A stretch of 64,000 nucleotides of DNA from positions 51,400,001-51,464,000 of the forward strand of contig NC_045707.1 in NCBI RefSeq assembly GCF_009834535.1, written 5' to 3'. Each line of letters starts with the position of its first letter. The stretch's first letter is position 1. Source of the stretch: Camelus ferus (taxonomy: Eukaryota). The notes beneath the pieces are model-generated. The model was given only the letters and a program-made list of their open reading frames with translations. It had not been told where the DNA came from and did no database searches. A program made the position numbers and the translations under genes. Shown here piece after piece: positions 63,661 through 64,000 of the stretch.

Positions 63661-64000
63661 TTACTTGGTTATTTTTGCTCAAGTAACTGAGTAGAAATGA
63701 CTACTGTTATTTTCCAAAAACAAACAAACAACAAACTGAAAAAAAAAAAACTGTAAGAAGGACTGGAGAGAATCTGCCTAAGAAGTAGTTGTTATGAGTT
63801 AAATTGAAGTTAATATAGAAATAAAAATACACACTAACACTTCAATGTTTAATGTCCCCAGTGTCTTTTTATGCCAGAAGTCCTTACCGTGATCAGTGCC
63901 TAATTAGATAAATAAAATGACTACAAATGTTTGTATTTGTTCCCTATTGGAAACTAAAAGTCCTCTCCAAATCCAAACAGCTGATATAGTGAACAAGTAC

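Noticed and set aside
1..64000. tRNA, rRNA, snRNA, processed pseudogene, NUMT or non-retroviral viral insert
   Set aside because: None recognised by eye; highly diverged copies cannot be excluded without Infernal or BLAST searches.

Overview
AT-rich, CpG-depleted eutherian DNA, most likely camelid. The basis is the diagnostic young L1 3' ends and the absence of Alu, B1/B2, Bov-A/tA, PRE1, SINEC or ERE SINEs. I find no supportable protein-coding gene, RNA gene, CRISPR array or prokaryote-type system; the supplied ORFs are chance ORFs or repeat remnants. The window is a mosaic of ancient repeats (MIR, L2, old L1M, MaLR and ERVL/ERV1 LTRs, MER2/MER5A/MER33/MER58A DNA transposons), three younger TSD-flanked L1 insertions, and repeat-free blocks that look regulatory. 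L1 and LTR copies lie in both orientations, which fits intergenic DNA better than an intron. Most notable are a tandemly duplicated HNF4-type DR1 plus HNF1 motif module (8866-9039), an L1 with a short 3' transduction (37730-38187), an internally deleted L1 inside a CpG-decayed TSD (49718-50436), a two-LTR pol-less ERVL provirus (54772-58403), a 19-bp hairpin abutting AATAAA (5495-5547) and a ~4.5 kb repeat-free block (58900-63480). Family names come from my recall of consensus sequences, not a database search, and most boundaries are approximate.
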